Assembly (NCBI RefSeq): GCF_000150275.1
Contig: NW_002060948.1
Location: forward strand, 3,980,759-4,044,758
Direction: 5' to 3'
DNA from: Trichoplax adhaerens
Lineage: Eukaryota; Animalia; Placozoa
Length of the DNA: 64,000 bases
Shown here in pieces: positions 43,528-55,664 of this stretch. The notes beneath the pieces were generated by a model. The model saw nothing but the letters and a program-made list of their open reading frames with translations. It had not been told where the DNA came from and searched no databases. Each line of letters opens with the position of its first letter. The stretch's first letter is position 1. Both the position numbers and the translations under genes were made by a program.

Positions 43528-45273
43528 CTATACTCCAGTAAATTGATGAGGCTTTATAAGTATTTGACTTGTAGTTGTATTCTTGATCAAAATGTCGTTA
43601 TAATTAATACAGTTAGCTTTATTTAGGCCCCATCTACGTGTTATATCTGGAATTGTTTTCGATTTACGAGTAACCCATTTATCATTATATAGATTAGTGC
43701 ACAGTTTACACATGCCACTTTGCATATTACACGAAGATGAATGATCCTTATAGGTAGCTTTCCACTTAAAGAAGCTGTTATATAGTGCGTCATTAGCTGC
43801 AATCAATTTAATATAATCTGCTAGTTGTAGCAACGTTTTAAAATCTTGGACGTTAATATAGGATCCCGGTGGGGCAATTGTTTCATCTTGAAAGTTAGCT
43901 CCATTCACGACAATCGGTACCAATGCTCTACCCAATGAATGGATAAAAAACTTTTCCGTCACATAATCTCGGCAAATAAAATTTTCGAAACTTAAATAAA
44001 ATTTATATTGACTACTTATCTTGCGCCTACAAGTACCATCTCTAGGGCATGATAAATTTCCACATTTGCCATATATATCAATAGGTAGAAATTTAGCCAA
44101 TTCCTTAACAAATGCTTGACGACCCGGATAACAAGTACTTGCTACCCAAGCAATTAATTTATTTTTACCTTTGGCATAATTATAATTCTCCTTACATTGC
44201 TTACGAAAATCGCCTTTAATAAAATTGCCATAACATACTCGAATATCAGCATCTCGTGCATATGTCATCATAACATTGAATATGTTATTATGGAAAGGGA
44301 AGATACCAGATCGTACAGCAAAACCATGAGTTACGGCAGGATTTTCGTATGAATGGTAAACCCATAATTGTCGAGGCGATACCGAATCTCTATAACGAAA
44401 GGTTTCCGTTTTGTTCATGATAGAATCAGCACCATGAAATAGTAATGCATCGCTGATATTAAGTAGGTCTTTATCTTCAGTTAGATCACATGAAAACTGA
44501 CCACAATTCAAAACTCCAAATTGAAATGGCCAACGAGTATGAAACCAAGTTGTCCATATTAAAATGGTTTTCCGTTGCATCTTTTCCTGATCCTTTGGAA
44601 TTAGACGTTGCTTCCATGCACTCTCTTTGGTAATAGGCTTTTGATGAAACACCTTTTTAGTTGTATCATCTTCACGTTTACGATTACGGTTGTTCGATGA
44701 GGGAATAATGGTCGCTATTTTAGATTTTGAGGAATAAGGTTTGCTTGTTGTAGATTTAGTTAGTTTCTTCGATTGCTTTACTGGAGTACTAGGACTATTT
44801 TGATTTGGCTTTAATAACAATAGTTTGCTCTTGGTTGATTTAAGTTTTACTACCGGACTTGTTGCTAATATCATTTTGGGCGAAGGATTTGTATGTGGAA
44901 TATTTTTTTGTTGAGGCGGAGTCGATGTGATTGGTGGATGTGTCCTTGAAGAAGTCTGTGCAGCCATTTGTTTTGGAGGTAATGTAAGTGTTGTTGGTTT
45001 GCCTGTCCATGGGCCCACGTTAGACGGAGTCGAGATGGTTGGTTTGTGTATCTGTGCAACTATTTGATTATTGGTGTGTTGAAGAATGAATGGCTTATCA
45101 GATGAATCTCTCGGTTGTTTAATCGTTGGAGCTTTGGTATCGCTCGTAGAGTATTTTTTAATATATTCATCGGTCTTTGTTGAATTTGGGATTAAAAATG
45201 TCCATGCCATAGCTATGAAAGTAAGGCCGATTACAATCCTTGTAAGATATCTTAAAAATCTTGCTTGAATCAT
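43528..45273 (-). CDS. Alpha-1,3-fucosyltransferase, GT10 family (type II membrane protein, long S/T/P/K stem), intronless
   Basis: 581-aa ORF with N-terminal TM, SDALLFHG, IDIYGKCG, motif YKFYLSFENFICRDYVTEK, PPGSYINVQDF and YNSFFKWK. Confidence 0.95.
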   Translation of the reverse strand: MIQARFLRYLTRIVIGLTFIAMAWTFLIPNSTKTDEYIKKYSTSDTKAPTIKQPRDSSDKPFILQHTNNQIVAQIHKPTISTPSNVGPWTGKPTTLTLPPKQMAAQTSSRTHPPITSTPPQQKNIPHTNPSPKMILATSPVVKLKSTKSKLLLLKPNQNSPSTPVKQSKKLTKSTTSKPYSSKSKIATIIPSSNNRNRKREDDTTKKVFHQKPITKESAWKQRLIPKDQEKMQRKTILIWTTWFHTRWPFQFGVLNCGQFSCDLTEDKDLLNISDALLFHGADSIMNKTETFRYRDSVSPRQLWVYHSYENPAVTHGFAVRSGIFPFHNNIFNVMMTYARDADIRVCYGNFIKGDFRKQCKENYNYAKGKNKLIAWVASTCYPGRQAFVKELAKFLPIDIYGKCGNLSCPRDGTCRRKISSQYKFYLSFENFICRDYVTEKFFIHSLGRALVPIVVNGANFQDETIAPPGSYINVQDFKTLLQLADYIKLIAANDALYNSFFKWKATYKDHSSSCNMQSGMCKLCTNLYNDKWVTRKSKTIPDITRRWGLNKANCINYNDILIKNTTTSQILIKPHQFTGV

Positions 45274-46809
45274 TTTAATAGCTAGTTCATTTTTTGTTAC
45301 TAGTAATGTGGAGATAAAGTCAAGCTATGCCAAGGCGCAGAAAATTGTATGTAGCTGACGATATGGCCATTTTGTGTAAACATTGCTTACAACATCATAT
45401 CACGATTGATGATGATGATGTTAATGTACGCTCAATTCTCTTGCAATAAATAATTATAATGCATTAGAACGGTCCATCATCATGAAAGGATATTGCTATG
45501 GCGATTCTGTCACGATAAAAATTAGTCCATTGACTACTCCTTGAAAAGAGTCTAGAATGAATAGAAGTGATAGGCAACGGTAGATCAATTTGATACTGTG
45601 GTATAGACCAGGTGGTAATTTGCTTTCTTTTACTTTCACTTGGAGCTGTTGCGCTTTACTAATGGATTAAGATCATAAGGATAAAATGACCAGCGATGAT
45701 GGAATCTGTAGTTTTGGAGGAAGTGAAAGTTTACTAATATAGAATTCAATTGCGTGGAAGGGAAAGCTGCCAGCACGCTGTAACCCACGGACACTCTGTA
45801 TAGTAAGCTATAGTCGATAATGCAATACTTGAGTACCGGTATAGTACATTAGTATGCCAGCCTACTCGTAAGTTCTCAAGTCGATTTTCTACCATCGTCA
45901 GTGCGCAGTCCTGCTTGTATCACGTGATCAGAGGTGCCACATTAAGATGTTGTGGTACGGAATTGTCTAAAATGGATTTACTTAGGTTGTACTCTATACG
46001 TTAGCTCATGGATGCGTATCGTGATAGCAAGTGAGTGAATACTACATTAGACAATTTTCCTGGTATTTTAGCCATTTGCAACCTAAATACTACATTCGTT
46101 TTTCATGAAATGCATTTCAAATTACTTCATTAACGAACCTATTTATTATTATTTTAAAGATTGAATGCGTCAATAGTTGTGAAATTTCTGAAGAATAGTG
46201 TAGCAAACCATGAAAATATGATTATATAAAGCGTAGATATAATTGTATTTGAAATAAAAGCGTAAGGGATGACAGAAGCCACTTTTGCTGATGTTCTACA
46301 GTACTATCGTACCTGAGTACTTTGTACTGTAGTACACAGACTACTTGAAGACGAATGCATGACTTTACAGTATATGATTTTCTATTGTGTCAAGAGTTTT
46401 CGTTCATAGAAAATAAACACAATTTTCAACTACAATATCAAGTACTGTACTGTAGACTGAACACTTCTACAGCCAATAAGGGAACGGCCAAGTTGAACTG
46501 AAGGTGGGTCTAATCGACTAACCAAATGACTGTACTGAGCGCTTGTACTTACTTTACTATGGCAATAACTGCTCCGCTCCTGCCTACACTAGATGTAAAC
46601 AATCCAAATTTAAATCATCTCACGATCGCCTCCACCCCCTTCTACTTTTTACTCTACTGTATATAGGAGAAGATTTCTCAAACGATTACATCATCAATTC
46701 AAATATCGTTATTAGATCGTAGACGAAGACCAACTTAGCCGATGGTAGGCTCAAGATCGCTGTAGCTATTGGACGACGATGATTGGAGAAAGCAATTAGA
46801 GGAATCAAG

Positions 46810-49800
46810 ATGGAAACGAAGGAGGAAATGAACATGGATCAAATGAAGAGTAAAGCTGTTGATCGTGCTGACAATTTACTTTGTCGTGCAAAGGAATTTC
46901 GACATGTTCAAGGAGCTAATAAATTAATTAAGAAAATACTAGCCGAATTGAATTTTTTACAATCGGTAAGTATCAGTTATGAATGATCCGATTGAGAAAT
47001 CGCCGCAATAGAATAGCATCCTATTCAGAATTCAACTTGCATCAGTAGTAATAGCAAACTGCGTATGCATAGTTGAAATGTCCATACTGTAATTATAATG
47101 GATCACACAATAAGCTCCCAATCATCACTTTATTGATATAAAAACTGGAATGTTTTTCAACTTTCAAAAGTAGCAATATCATAACTCTATGTAGATTTGT
47201 GTTAAAGTCACAGTCGATGACGTTATTTTAATTTTCTGCAGTTTGTTCTACGTGTAGTCCATTTTGTTGCATAGGCTACTTATATCTGTATTTTATTTGC
47301 AATATACGTATATTTGAACTTTATTGCTCGTAAATTAATAGCTACGAGTATGTTTAAATTAGTTCTTGACGATGTATTAGCTATCGTCAATCATCAGTAG
47401 ACTATGGTAGGTGTCATTTGCTGAACTTCGCATTGCAATTCTGACTCAAACTCGAGCTTAGAATCTGTATATGCGGGTATGATTGAGCTTTATTAGTATG
47501 CAGATAAATTAGCTATATTCAAACTAGTTGTTTAGGATGTATTTGCTATCGTTAATCATCAGTAGACTATGGTAGGTATCATTTGCTGAACTTTGCATCG
47601 CAATTCTGACTCAAACTCGAGCTTAGAATCTGTATATGCGGGTATTGTTGAGCTTTATTAGCATACAGATAAATTGGCTATATTCAAACCAGTTGTTTAG
47701 AATGTATTTGCTATTGTTAATCATCAGGAGACTATGGTAGGCATCATTTGCTGAACTTTGCATAGCAATTCTGACGCAAATTCAAGCTTAGAATAAAACA
47801 TTAACAGAATATTTTGTCTGTTGTAGACTCAGATAGAAGATTTACAGAAGAAAACCAATAACCTCAAAAGTAATAATTTGAATTATTTTAGTGCTATGGT
47901 CAACACTATCTCTTCATGCCATAATTTGGTTGGCATATTTAAATCCTTTTCCTACTTATCAAGCCAACCCAATCAAAGTAGAAAGATACTCATGGTTGAT
48001 GTTGTTTGCGATGACGGTTTAACTTGGATAAAAGTTATTTCTAGAAATCCATTGGCGTTACATCGATTGTTTCAAGGTTTGAATGTTCAATTGATTGGTT
48101 AAATCCACATCAAAATAAATATACTCCAGTGACCATCATGACAGTTCTTCTTCATGCCGTAAAAATCGCATTGATGAACTGTCATGAATAGTAATGATGT
48201 ACGAAAATACTTTACTCAACTTGACATCATATTTAATACTAGTCAATGTTGTCGCAATATTGAATAATATATGCGTTCATGTATATTGAATATAGGCGAA
48301 GGACGATATGGCGAAAAACATATTATGCACCAAGCTAATGTATGAATATAAGCACTCAACATGAAGAAATGAAATATTACCATATATATGATACAATGCA
48401 GTCGTCTTTACCTAACGTTATAAATTTATCTATATTACTGTCATATAGGAATACCTAATGGCTCATGAACAACATCCATGCAACTTTAGTAAACCTTCTT
48501 TAGTATTTTCTTTTAGTAATGGATTGTCTGAAGCAATTGCAGGTTAGCATTGCCGATAGTTACAATTTTGAATGTTCTCATGTATTATAACCTCATTTGT
48601 AGCTTTCCTTGTTTCTTCTTTTTTAAAGTGGATTATGCATAGAATCATTTCATAATATTCTAATCTTTTGCTGACGAGTATTTTATAATCTCATAGTCAG
48701 ATTACTACACTTACGTTTTTGATAGAATAACGACACACTTTCTTTAAATTTAACTTTTAAAAGATGAACTAAAAGCTGCCGAAATTAAAGTTATTGGACA
48801 AATAATTCCAAACGATTACTTTGATCATGACGGCCTTTCTGATTACAAAGAATTGCCCTTGCTCAATGATATTAAATGCGATATCCCTGCTCCTAATATG
48901 CCAGCATGCACTAAGGCATTTTTCGATATTACTACTCTCTTCGCTTATGTAGCTGAAGTTACTAATGGCGATTGCCATCGCGAGTTTAAGGTAGGAAATT
49001 GATAAAGTAAGTGCTGTACATGTTATGATTATAAAGTCAGTAGAAAACATTTTGCGATATCAAATTAATGTAGTCAATGTCGGAGGTGAGTAACTTATCC
49101 CTTAATATGGAATTTGCAACAATTTTTGCAGCGGAGGATTAGGTTGTTACGTACATATGCGTAAAGTAACGATGCTACCGATGTAGCTATATCTCCAGCT
49201 AGGTAAAATTGATCGATTTGTATCATCAATAGGATCCGATATTGCAAGCACAAGCCATTGATGAGAAGGAATGTCCAGTTTTACCACAAATCAACGAATA
49301 TATTGAAGGTGGGATACTACTTCGTAGAGTTTTTCTATTACATATCAATCTTTCATGGCAAATGGGCAGCAGACGTGTATACCGTGCATGGACTACTAGA
49401 AAAATACGTATGACATTTTTCTAGTCTTCCATGATGCCAGAGATCTATTTCAGAGTATTTTAGTATTAGTAAAGTGAATTTATTTATTGTTTGGCATTTA
49501 GATACAGTATAAATAATAAGCTTTATAATATAATTATCAATTATATAGCCTAATATTGCATCAACAATTATTTAAAATTATATAATATATTGTATGTGAT
49601 GAAATAATTGACGTTTCAGTATAATTGAACTAATTCCTTAAAGGTAAAGAACTTTATACTTGCAAAGCAGCAGTAGAAGATTTTCGTTCCATACTTATGA
49701 CTGTCGGTAGTATTAGAGAGCGTGAAAGGAGCAAGTACGGCATTTATTTTTCTTCTAACAATCAAGATATTCTCTCCATTAAATATAATCGTTTCATTTT

Positions 49801-50245
49801 CACCTAATTTTAGAGATTTATTAGAAAAGCTTACTGTAGTAGATGATGACCCTAGTGCAAGGGTTTTACAGCTAAAGACTAGCTCAAAAGTTAAATTACG
49901 ATCAATTGTGAGTATAATTTTGTATTGCACATTTTAAAACTGTAAATGTTGCTTATAAAATGAGTTGTTTGCGATTAATATGTAGATTGTATTCGGAACT
50001 AGCGATAAACTCAAAGCAACAATAATTACGGCAAATGTGGCTTTTCTTCGATCAGCTGCAAATCAGGTAATAATGGATAAATAAGAAATCCTTGATATAC
50101 CGTAGGGAAAGCACTTTCGTCACTTTGCTATCCAATTAAACAGGGCGTAGAATTTTCCGCATTTGTTCATCAATCACGATTTTTAACTGGTATTCGGCAA
50201 TCGCTGCCAGATGAAGAATACGCTAACTTGATTCATTCCAAGTAG
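46810..50245 (+). CDS. C7orf25: UPF0415 / C7orf25 homolog (DUF1308, PIN-like C-terminus), 10 coding exons
   Basis: Exons 46810-46965, 47827-48076, 48296-48339, 48449-48542, 48764-48990, 49233-49308, 49644-49734, 49814-49907, 49986-50066, 50144-50245. Motifs GANKLIKKILAELNFL, VDVVCDDGLTWIKVI, DITTLFAYV, IVFGTSD, ITANVAFLRSAANQGV and FVHQSRFLT. Confidence 0.9.
47370..47795. repeat. 165-166-bp tandem repeat (2.5 copies) in C7orf25 intron 1
   Basis: CTAT(C/T)GT(C/T)AATCATCAG(T/G)AGACTATGGTAGG at 47381, 47547 and 47712. Confidence 0.92.
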
Positions 50246-52601
50246 AAGCAGTTATTGATATCGAATGATTAGAATTTTGTTGGCTATCAAATTTTCCAGT
50301 AGTGCTTGGATAACTTTTAATTCATACATAATAAATGGGATGTCTGGTAGTGGACATGCAATGTTTCTAAAAGTAAGTTCTCTGATAACTTTTAAATTTA
50401 TCAGTTTATTGATTTAGAATGGATTACACGCATGTAACGGCACTACGTTGCCTAAATTATAGAGTTTAAGAAAGTATTGTTGCTGACAGTGTTTCAGTAT
50501 TATAGTATAAAGCTGTTTTGTAGATTATAGTACAGCGTGTCTACTGGTTGTGAGCCTTTTAGAAGGGTAGTTCTTAGGCATTATAGTAGCAGTACTATCT
50601 TCTTACTCGATCTTTCGACAGATTAGGGTAGTAATCTGTAGAAGTAGCTCAAAGTAAGCGCTTTACGTTTGACTAGTAAACTTGTCAGGAAGTAGTCCAT
50701 GACAATTCATATCAACTAAATGTGTATTATATTATCGATTAAAAAATTTTAGAGCCTGGTATGAACGTTGCTGTTAATGTTCTGTATTAATCTATACGGT
50801 CGTTAATTGAAAGTTTACACATCAATGTGCGATAGTATGTAACTTTAATAAGCCTTAACTCCATACACTATGGTAATCTCTTATTCATAGCTGATACTGT
50901 ATGATATCATTCAATAAATCGAAATCATTTTCTGTACTACAAGATTGTTTGAAAACTTAATTCAGCTATAGTCATTATGGAGCGATATACTTGATGCTAT
51001 GAAGTTATTTTCGAAGTAAGTTCTTTTCAAGTTAAATACCTAACTTGTAACCACACCAATTCCTGTCATTTTCTGCTATGAAAAACGGGTGAAGTTTGTC
51101 TTAGCATGGTTCTTGTCCCGCACTAATTATATTGGACTATCAGTATATATAAGATGATCATGATATTTGTATCTATCACAAAAAATCTATAATGTAATTA
51201 TAATCTAGTAGAATGTCATTTAAGAATTAATAACAACTTTTACTATGCATTATTATCATATCCATATCTGCATCATACGGTGCATTTAATACGTGAGTAC
51301 ATAGAGCATATGGAGTCAAAGGAATTAATTGATAGTAACTTTTATTTAACTTGGGCTATTTTAAAGACCCGTTTAGAGTTACCGTTGTTATCACTATTGA
51401 AGTACAGATAGATAAATGTGTTCTATCCAAATGGTAAAGATTTTCTGCTGGCCTGTATAGTTGTAATTATTGAGTAGTTTTGCATATTACGACATCATTT
51501 AGCATTCCATACTGAGCTAAATTTACTGTTAGTTATCTTTACAAATATACTCGTAACTAGCGCATTTTTAATTCCTACCGTTGATATCACGTTTATGCAT
51601 GATATATAAAAATAATCAATTTTTCAATTATTATATATCTTTTATACTGTGTATATATTTAAGTACAGAATTCCAGACGAAAAATGTGTCTTGTATAATT
51701 TAATTCATACTTATACTGTATCTATGCTCTTACTTACAGTATACATAAAAAAATTATCACATGTCTATGTGGATACTTTCCATTTAAGTGTGGCATTTTC
51801 ATTGCATAAGAGAAAGTACTCTTTTGCTTCACGGTGTTGATGTAATTTATACTGCAGTATTAAAGAGATCAGATCATTTATAATGTCTACTTTACTGACT
51901 GATTTGCTTGCTTAACTATTCATAGGAATTTATTTAAAGATTAGTTTACGCGATAACGGACACGTTTACAATGTGAACAAGTGTATTCATTGGTTATTTA
52001 ACATCTACTTAAATATAAATTGATGATTAACTCATGATAAAGGTTACCGGTCATGAAGCTAAGAAAGACTTACAATAAGAATATCGTTTTGGATAATATC
52101 CCAACATTGTATTACTCGTATACCATAATCAGGTCGTCATTGTTGAATTATGAAAAACATTAACAATCGTATAATTAGCACATCCCAAATTTATCTAGTT
52201 ATGAACTAAATCTTATTTTCTGTTTCAAAATTTATATAAAACTATAACGTGTAAACATCTTGGAAAAAATTACGGGAAGTTTTTATATGAAATTAATGTA
52301 AGTTGGTCGATTATTTAAACTAGCACCATCATTATAGCGATCGTTATTAATCGCTCATTAGGCATGTTCGTATCTCTATGATTAATCTTATTACGCAACA
52401 TACGAACCTTACTGCTATTGCTTACAGTCTAAAAACATACTGTAAGTATAAGTACAGTAATCTGGGTTAAGCAGTTTATAGTTATTACCGATATGACAGA
52501 CATTAAGTCAATGGATGTTGCATTATGCAAATTTGATCTGCAGTCACATTCTAGATATCGCAGCCATACCTTGCCATAATAATAATCGATACATAAAAGC
52601 A

Positions 52602-54098
52602 TCAATAATACGGATGTGGCATTATGTTAACTTGACCTGTAGTCACATTCTTGATAAAGACATCGCCGTAATCGATACAGTTATCCTTATTTAGACCCCA
52701 TCTATGCATGAAATCTGGAATGGTTCTTGATTTTTGAGTAACCCATGTATCATTATGAAGATTAGCGCACAGAGTACACATACCACTACCCATATCACAC
52801 GATCTTCCTTGGTCCTTATAGCTAGCTTTCCAGTGGAAATAACTATTATATAATGTATCGTTCGACCCAACCAATTGGATATAATCTGCCAAATCTTCTA
52901 CAGTTTTAAAGTCGAAAACGTTAATATAGGAATTCGGCGGAGCAACAGTTTCATCTTGTAAATTGGCTCCACTCACTACAATGGGTACTAATCTTCTACC
53001 TAAGGAATTCTTATAATATTTTTCGGTGATATAATCTCGACAAACAAAATTTTCAAAACTTAAGTAAAATTTATATTGGCTACTTAATTTTTCCCAACAA
53101 CTGTCATTTCTAGGACAGGATAAATTTCCGCATTTACCATAAATATCGATCGGTAAATACTGAGCTAACTGTTGGACAAATGTTAGACGACCAGTATAGC
53201 AACCACTTGATACCCAGGCGATCAATTTATTCTTACCCTTGGCATAATTATGTGTTTTTATAAATGGATTACGGTTTTGACTTTTACCGTAGCCACCATA
53301 GCATGTTGGAATGTCGGAATCTTTTGTATATGTCATTATAATATTGAAGATATTGTTGTGAAAGGGGTAGATACCAGATTGGATATTAACACCATGAGTG
53401 ACTACAGGATTTTCGTATGAATGGTAAACCCATAGTTGTCTTGGTGATACTGCATCTCGCTTAGGAAACATGTTTTTATTTTTCATACTGGCTTCAGCAC
53501 CGTGAAATAGTAATGCATCGCTGGATTTTAGGCGATTTTTATCTAAAGTTACCTCACATGTAAATGAACCACAATGGAAGATTCCATTATTATACGGCCA
53601 CTTCAAACCAAACCAAGTAGTCCATGCTAGCATTACTTTACGATTGAGCGGTTTGGTAGCTGCTGGCGACGTTGGACGCTGACTTACAGTGATACTCTCG
53701 GTTTTAAGCATTGGATTGGGATTTATTTTAGTTTCATCATATCGTTGTTTAGAATGGTTGTCTTTATCGTTGCCGTTCTTAACTCTGGATTTGTGATCCT
53801 GACTTGCTGTCGATTTGGATTGTACTGATCGACTGTTGGATGTATTTTGATATTTCAGTGTGATAGGCGGCGTTGCACTGGATAGCATCGTTGATGTTCC
53901 ATATGGCAACGTAAATAAACTATTGCGATGAGTTGGATTTTGTTGTGATCCAATTGCTAATCTTGATTTTGGTAACGCTAGATAATATTCATTCCTGATA
54001 TGTCTGCAGATGATAAAGTAAGAGCTGAAAAATATCAAGCAGATTAAAAATAGGATTTTTCGTCTATATGGTACGGTTAAAAATAATGATCTGGCCAT
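52602..54098 (-). CDS. Alpha-1,3-fucosyltransferase, GT10 family, paralog of 43528-45273, intronless
   Basis: 498-aa ORF with N-terminal TM, YKFYLSFENFVCRDYITEK and PPNSYINVFDF; catalytic domain closely similar to the first copy. Confidence 0.95.
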   Translation of the reverse strand: MARSLFLTVPYRRKILFLICLIFFSSYFIICRHIRNEYYLALPKSRLAIGSQQNPTHRNSLFTLPYGTSTMLSSATPPITLKYQNTSNSRSVQSKSTASQDHKSRVKNGNDKDNHSKQRYDETKINPNPMLKTESITVSQRPTSPAATKPLNRKVMLAWTTWFGLKWPYNNGIFHCGSFTCEVTLDKNRLKSSDALLFHGAEASMKNKNMFPKRDAVSPRQLWVYHSYENPVVTHGVNIQSGIYPFHNNIFNIIMTYTKDSDIPTCYGGYGKSQNRNPFIKTHNYAKGKNKLIAWVSSGCYTGRLTFVQQLAQYLPIDIYGKCGNLSCPRNDSCWEKLSSQYKFYLSFENFVCRDYITEKYYKNSLGRRLVPIVVSGANLQDETVAPPNSYINVFDFKTVEDLADYIQLVGSNDTLYNSYFHWKASYKDQGRSCDMGSGMCTLCANLHNDTWVTQKSRTIPDFMHRWGLNKDNCIDYGDVFIKNVTTGQVNIMPHPYY

Positions 54099-54829
54099 GA
54101 TGGACAGTTGAGTTTCTTGCTCGTCCTACTGGGTAAAGGATGGACTCGTAACGATAATTGGCGTCACGATTGCATGGTGATTACTTTGAAAATTACAGTA
54201 CTGTATGCCTTTGTCAGCGATAACTAAGTACTTCTTATTACTCAAGGTTGTAATTATCTGTCTGTCTGAAATTGGAGTTAAATTAAAATCCATTTCTTTA
54301 CAATTGAAAGACAAAGACCCAAAAGACATGCAGTAATTGAAGGCAAGACTATGGCTGAACTTCTTTCAATCATTGCACACGGCCGGACAGGCCCCTGGAA
54401 TAGTACGTCCAGTAATCAGTAGTATGGAATTGTATAGTACTGTACTGGCTTTGGAGATATCCTGGGATACTCTTGAAGGAAGCATCTCTTGGCCATGCTG
54501 GGGCTCTTATGTTCTGCCATAATCACGAGTGTGAATCAAAATGTAATAAGATGTAAAGGATTTGGACAGCCAGGCCCGATTTTGGCCCGCTTGTCACAGT
54601 CAATGTAAGGATTCGGACATTCTATACAGTACTGTAGAATGCAATCTATAGAATGTACTGTACAGTACAAGAAGACTTGAGGAATGCGTGCATGAAAGAC
54701 GGGCACCACTATTTATAGTTTGCTTTACTATATTAATAAACTATGGACTCCATGAGACATATTGTAGATACCATTTCAAATGAAGGACAGTACATACATA
54801 ATACTACAACAGCGACGGTATAGTTTCAA

Positions 54830-55664
54830 TCTACAATACTCGTGTATGTCAAAGGGGTGCGATTAGCACCATTTAGAATCGTTTGGCGCCATTTTGCAAG
54901 GAAATTTTGCCAATCATACCCCTACGATGTCGATTTAAACTGCATTGGCGATATCAAATCTGGATTCTTTTTTCGCTTAACAATCAATTAATGATGCCTT
55001 AAAAACTGCACAACTTGGATTTCAATCAAAAATAACGCACGATTCAATTTTTTGCCCAATGTATGTAAAATGTCAACTTTTCAGCTGTTTGTAAGGTTAG
55101 AAACTCCCTTAAACAATCGCACATCCCCCTCCTCTGTACGTCAGTTTCCTACTGTACTATATACTAAATTACTTCTTCTTTCATCAAAGTCGCTTGCAAT
55201 CTTATGCCAACTGGAAACGGATGACCGGACACCCATCTGAAAATGATGGACAATCATGCGACTACTAAATCTGTTGAGGGTGTTTTAGTAATCCATAGTA
55301 CAGTATACTGTATAGATAATGTTTTTAGAATGAATTCATTTTTAGAACACAGAATTATAGATCTGTTATTAGGCGTATCGTATTGCCAATAACGATAGTG
55401 ATCATCCGATATGTACGTATAAATAATAAATAATATAGCACGTAATATTGTATATAATGAAGTATTGTATTGTGAATGAAATTAAATGTTGGTGTCTACA
55501 AACACTCAATTATTATATATTCAATATTATGTCATAAAATGATCAATTTTCCACAGTGTAGTCTGAGAATTTACAAGATGTACGACTAGGTACAGAACTG
55601 ATACAATAGTTCAATACGAGATTTATACAGACACCGCCAGCAAAGCGGCGGGTAAAAACCCTAG
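54830..55664 (+). mobile_element. Putative non-autonomous Helitron (3' end supported, 5' end tentative)
   Basis: GC hairpin CCGCC-A-GC-AAA-GC-GGCGG (55634-55651) ends 9 nt before CTAG|T (55661-55664); candidate A|TC 5' end at 54830. Confidence 0.45.

Noticed and set aside
54126-54329. 67-aa ORF ending in TAG in frame, 9 codons before the FucT ATG (possible readthrough extension)
   Set aside because: The stop context TAG-GAC is not a readthrough motif, the paralog has no equivalent, and the FucT already starts with a normal short tail plus TM
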